Part shown: positions 61,423 through 64,000 of the stretch, piece after piece
Layout: every line of letters starts with the position of its first letter
Numbering within the stretch: position 1 is the stretch's first letter
Origin: Oikopleura dioica
Taxonomy: Eukaryota > Animalia > Chordata
NCBI GenBank assembly: GCA_907165135.1
Contig: OU015567.1
Coordinates: 6,324,001 to 6,388,000, forward strand
Direction: 5' to 3'
Length of the DNA stretch: 64,000 nucleotides
Notes under the pieces: generated by a model
What the model was told of the DNA's origin: nothing
What the model saw: only the letters and a program-made list of their open reading frames with translations
The model's database searches: none
Translations under genes and position numbers: made by a program

Positions 61423-63311
61423 ACGCGTTTTATATACAATGATTAATACTAGCTCAACTGTGTATTTTTTTCCAAGCCCTTTTTCTTTGTGTACATAAAT
61501 TCCAAGCTGCTAAAAATTATTAAAAAATCTGAAAAATCTGTATCTAATAAAAATATTTAAAAAATTAAAATGACTCTCTCTTTCATCTTTGTATGCATAA
61601 TATTTGAGTTTTTTGGATTCGGGTGTGGCCAAAATACGCAAGAAATATGCCATTTAGATGTCTAAAAGTGGAAACACATGCAAGTACCAGTACGTAGCCT
61701 TAGTTATTCCCACTCCCGTTTTTTTCTTTTTTCTTTCTAAAGAAGTTATTGCTAATTAGTAATTACGGAACGGAAGGGGGCTCTCTCAAGGCTTCCAAAG
61801 CCCCCGATAAGCGAGTAAACCCCCTTATCAAGATGGAGAAACCCTTAGATTACAAAAAAAGAACACCATTATTGCGAGGAAAAATTGTTAACAAAAATAT
61901 ACATCAGAGCTTCGAACTTGATTCAATTTATCAAATTTCGTTCAAAAATCATCTCGAAGCTCAAGAATCTCGGAAAAGATGATTGAATTCCCAATGCAAA
62001 CACGTGTTTTTATCATAACTCGGCAAAGGCAACTCGCATTCTAAGCAAAAAGTAATTCATTTTTAATGCGCGCGGCTGGTGGTGCTGATAAGTATATAGA
62101 CTTAGTATCGCCGCTGTTGTGTAAAATTTAACTTGTATCTACCATATATTTTTGTTGCCGTTGATTTTACGCTCGTTCTTATTTTTTGTCAGCGTTTTCA
62201 ATTTTGAAAATGGTTCCTTTTTTTTCTGATTTCAGATGCTAGTGGCTAGTCGTTGACCTTCTAAAATGAGCTTGTAGTCCTGTTTAATATAAATAAAAAA
62301 TGACAAGAAAAAACTTGATAAATGACGGTTGCTCATTGATAGAACTAATGTATTGCCCTTGATCCTGTCATTGATCCCCTCTAGTTCCCTCTTCTGCTGG
62401 ACAACTTGTCAATAATAAGCACCAAAGCACCGCGAAAAGTGTCGAAAACAACGGAGGATTTGTCTTGTTAACACCGCGCCAGGGGGTTAGAATTGTTAAA
62501 TTGATAAGTCAGCCACGTTCCTGTTAAATATTTAGAGAAATATAATTTTTCTGCTTTCAGAAAGGAACAAGAAAAAGAGGCTCGCTTGGTTTTACGATAT
62601 CATATCGTTGATAAAGTAATGTCGCTGGAACTTCCTGTCCATTTTATTAGATAGAGACAAAGCTCATGCATCGGAAGTAGTCTTTTGTCTCCACTTGAAA
62701 CTTTGTTGGTTTTGAAGAACATTCCATTTGAAGAACGACAAAGCATTAATTTGCCACGTACCAGCTTTCGATTCGAGGCTTTTTCGGAACTTTGCGGAAA
62801 TGCCGGCAAACTGTCAAAGTCAAAATTGCAGGTTATGAAAGATTCCGTTCAAAGAAAGAGTTCGTGGGTGAAAAAATAGTGCTTTTTCAGCAGAATCTTT
62901 TTCCATCGCCGGCGATGACGAAAACTCCATCGCATAGATGGTTCATTCCGGAGACGGCTGTGGTGATATCGCGACCGATAGCTTGGTCATTCTGGCCATC
63001 AAATTTCATTCACATTCTTATCGCATATTATTCATAGAAACGTGCCTTGGATTCAATTTTTCAAAGGCTTGGAAGAATTTTGAAGCACGCTATCGGTGAT
63101 AAGGAGCGCCTTAGTTATCCAAAAAAGGGTCGTTCCTGGTGAGCGGCGGGAACACACGCTCTCAAGAAATCCGGGGAGGGCGCTCTCTTCTTTTTAGCGC
63201 GCGCCCATTGGTTTTCTAGACTGGCGCGTTCCCCCCGCAGTCACCCGCTGTTCGGAGCTCCCAGAGAGACAGAAAGGTTTTCTACAGCAGAAAGACGATC
63301 GGGCTCTCAAG

Positions 63312-64000
63312 ATGAAGACAGTCGAGACTTACAAAGAGATCGAAAAGCGCCTGGAACAGATCAGCAATGACGAAATGAACGATGAATCATTGCCGCATCA
63401 AAACATGCTTTTCATCACGAAACATGAAAAAGAAAAGCCTGGACGGATGAGAATCGTTCAAGATACAAGCTACTGGTTTAGGTACCCAGATGGCCTCAGA
63501 AAATTCAAGGTGAGCTTCCTTTATGTTTTCGCTTTTGCTGAGACCTTTTAGGTCGGCCCGATTCAAGACGAAAACCAGCCGGAAGACATCAAATCAGACG
63601 AGTTTCCAATCGGCCTCCAGTGCCGCGATCCAGCTTGCGCTGCTCGAGGAGTCATCTACGTCACCGATGCTGATTTGAGGGGCGAAAAGAGGACTTACAA
63701 CAAAGTTGGAAACCACTACCGCTCATCCGACTGTGACATCGACCAGACCTACCCAAAGCGATCGCTCTTCGAGTGCTACTCACGAGTCAGCATCAACGGC
63801 GACCATTCTTGCAAAGGAATCAAGATGAAAGACGGCTTGACCGATGTGGTACGAGATCATATCTTGGCGCGTGAGAAGATGCCTGATTTTCCGGAAGAGG
63901 ACGAATACGGCTACTACGTATTTACTCCGATCGAGGACAAAGTTAACAGAATGATCGATGACGAAGACTACGAAATGCGCAAATCGGAACACAAAAAGCT
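63312..64000 (+). CDS. Uncharacterised protein, partial (runs off the window end)
   Basis: MKTVETY...RKFK|VGPIQ... joined by a GT-AG intron (about 63510-63551) and open to the window end; contains CRDPAC and other Cys/His residues. Confidence 0.7.

Noticed and set aside
62560-63050. Coding-like segment upstream of the last gene
   Set aside because: Frames are broken by stops with no convincing splice solution or motif.

Overview
Eukaryotic genomic DNA with very compact genes: many 30-60 nt introns, frequent non-canonical GC/GA/GG splice donors, short intergenic gaps and a probable trans-spliced operon. This pattern is typical of the appendicularian tunicate Oikopleura (inference; no search run). 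Recognisable genes: RhoBTB (partial), RagC/D, MZT2-like, LONRF, an SH2-domain protein, tRNA-Lys(CTT), a PIM-like kinase, an LRR-Ig membrane protein, an Hv1/HVCN1-like channel, a secreted vWA protein, engrailed, a ZNF385-like matrin-finger protein, an NCS-family calcium sensor and a modular trypsin. There is also a ~3000-aa unknown membrane protein whose intron hosts engrailed, and many MITEs. Main result: three hAT-type elements, each with terminal inverted repeats (TIRs) and an 8-bp target-site duplication (TSD), sit inside coding exons. Two of them (in RagC/D and the giant gene) have in-frame splice solutions using sites carried in the element. The largest (28141-30091) is a symmetric cassette with two convergent signal-peptide ORFs, an identical 19-bp upstream motif in each arm, and tRNA-like B-box segments. 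Gene models were assembled by eye, so exon boundaries and some starts are approximate.
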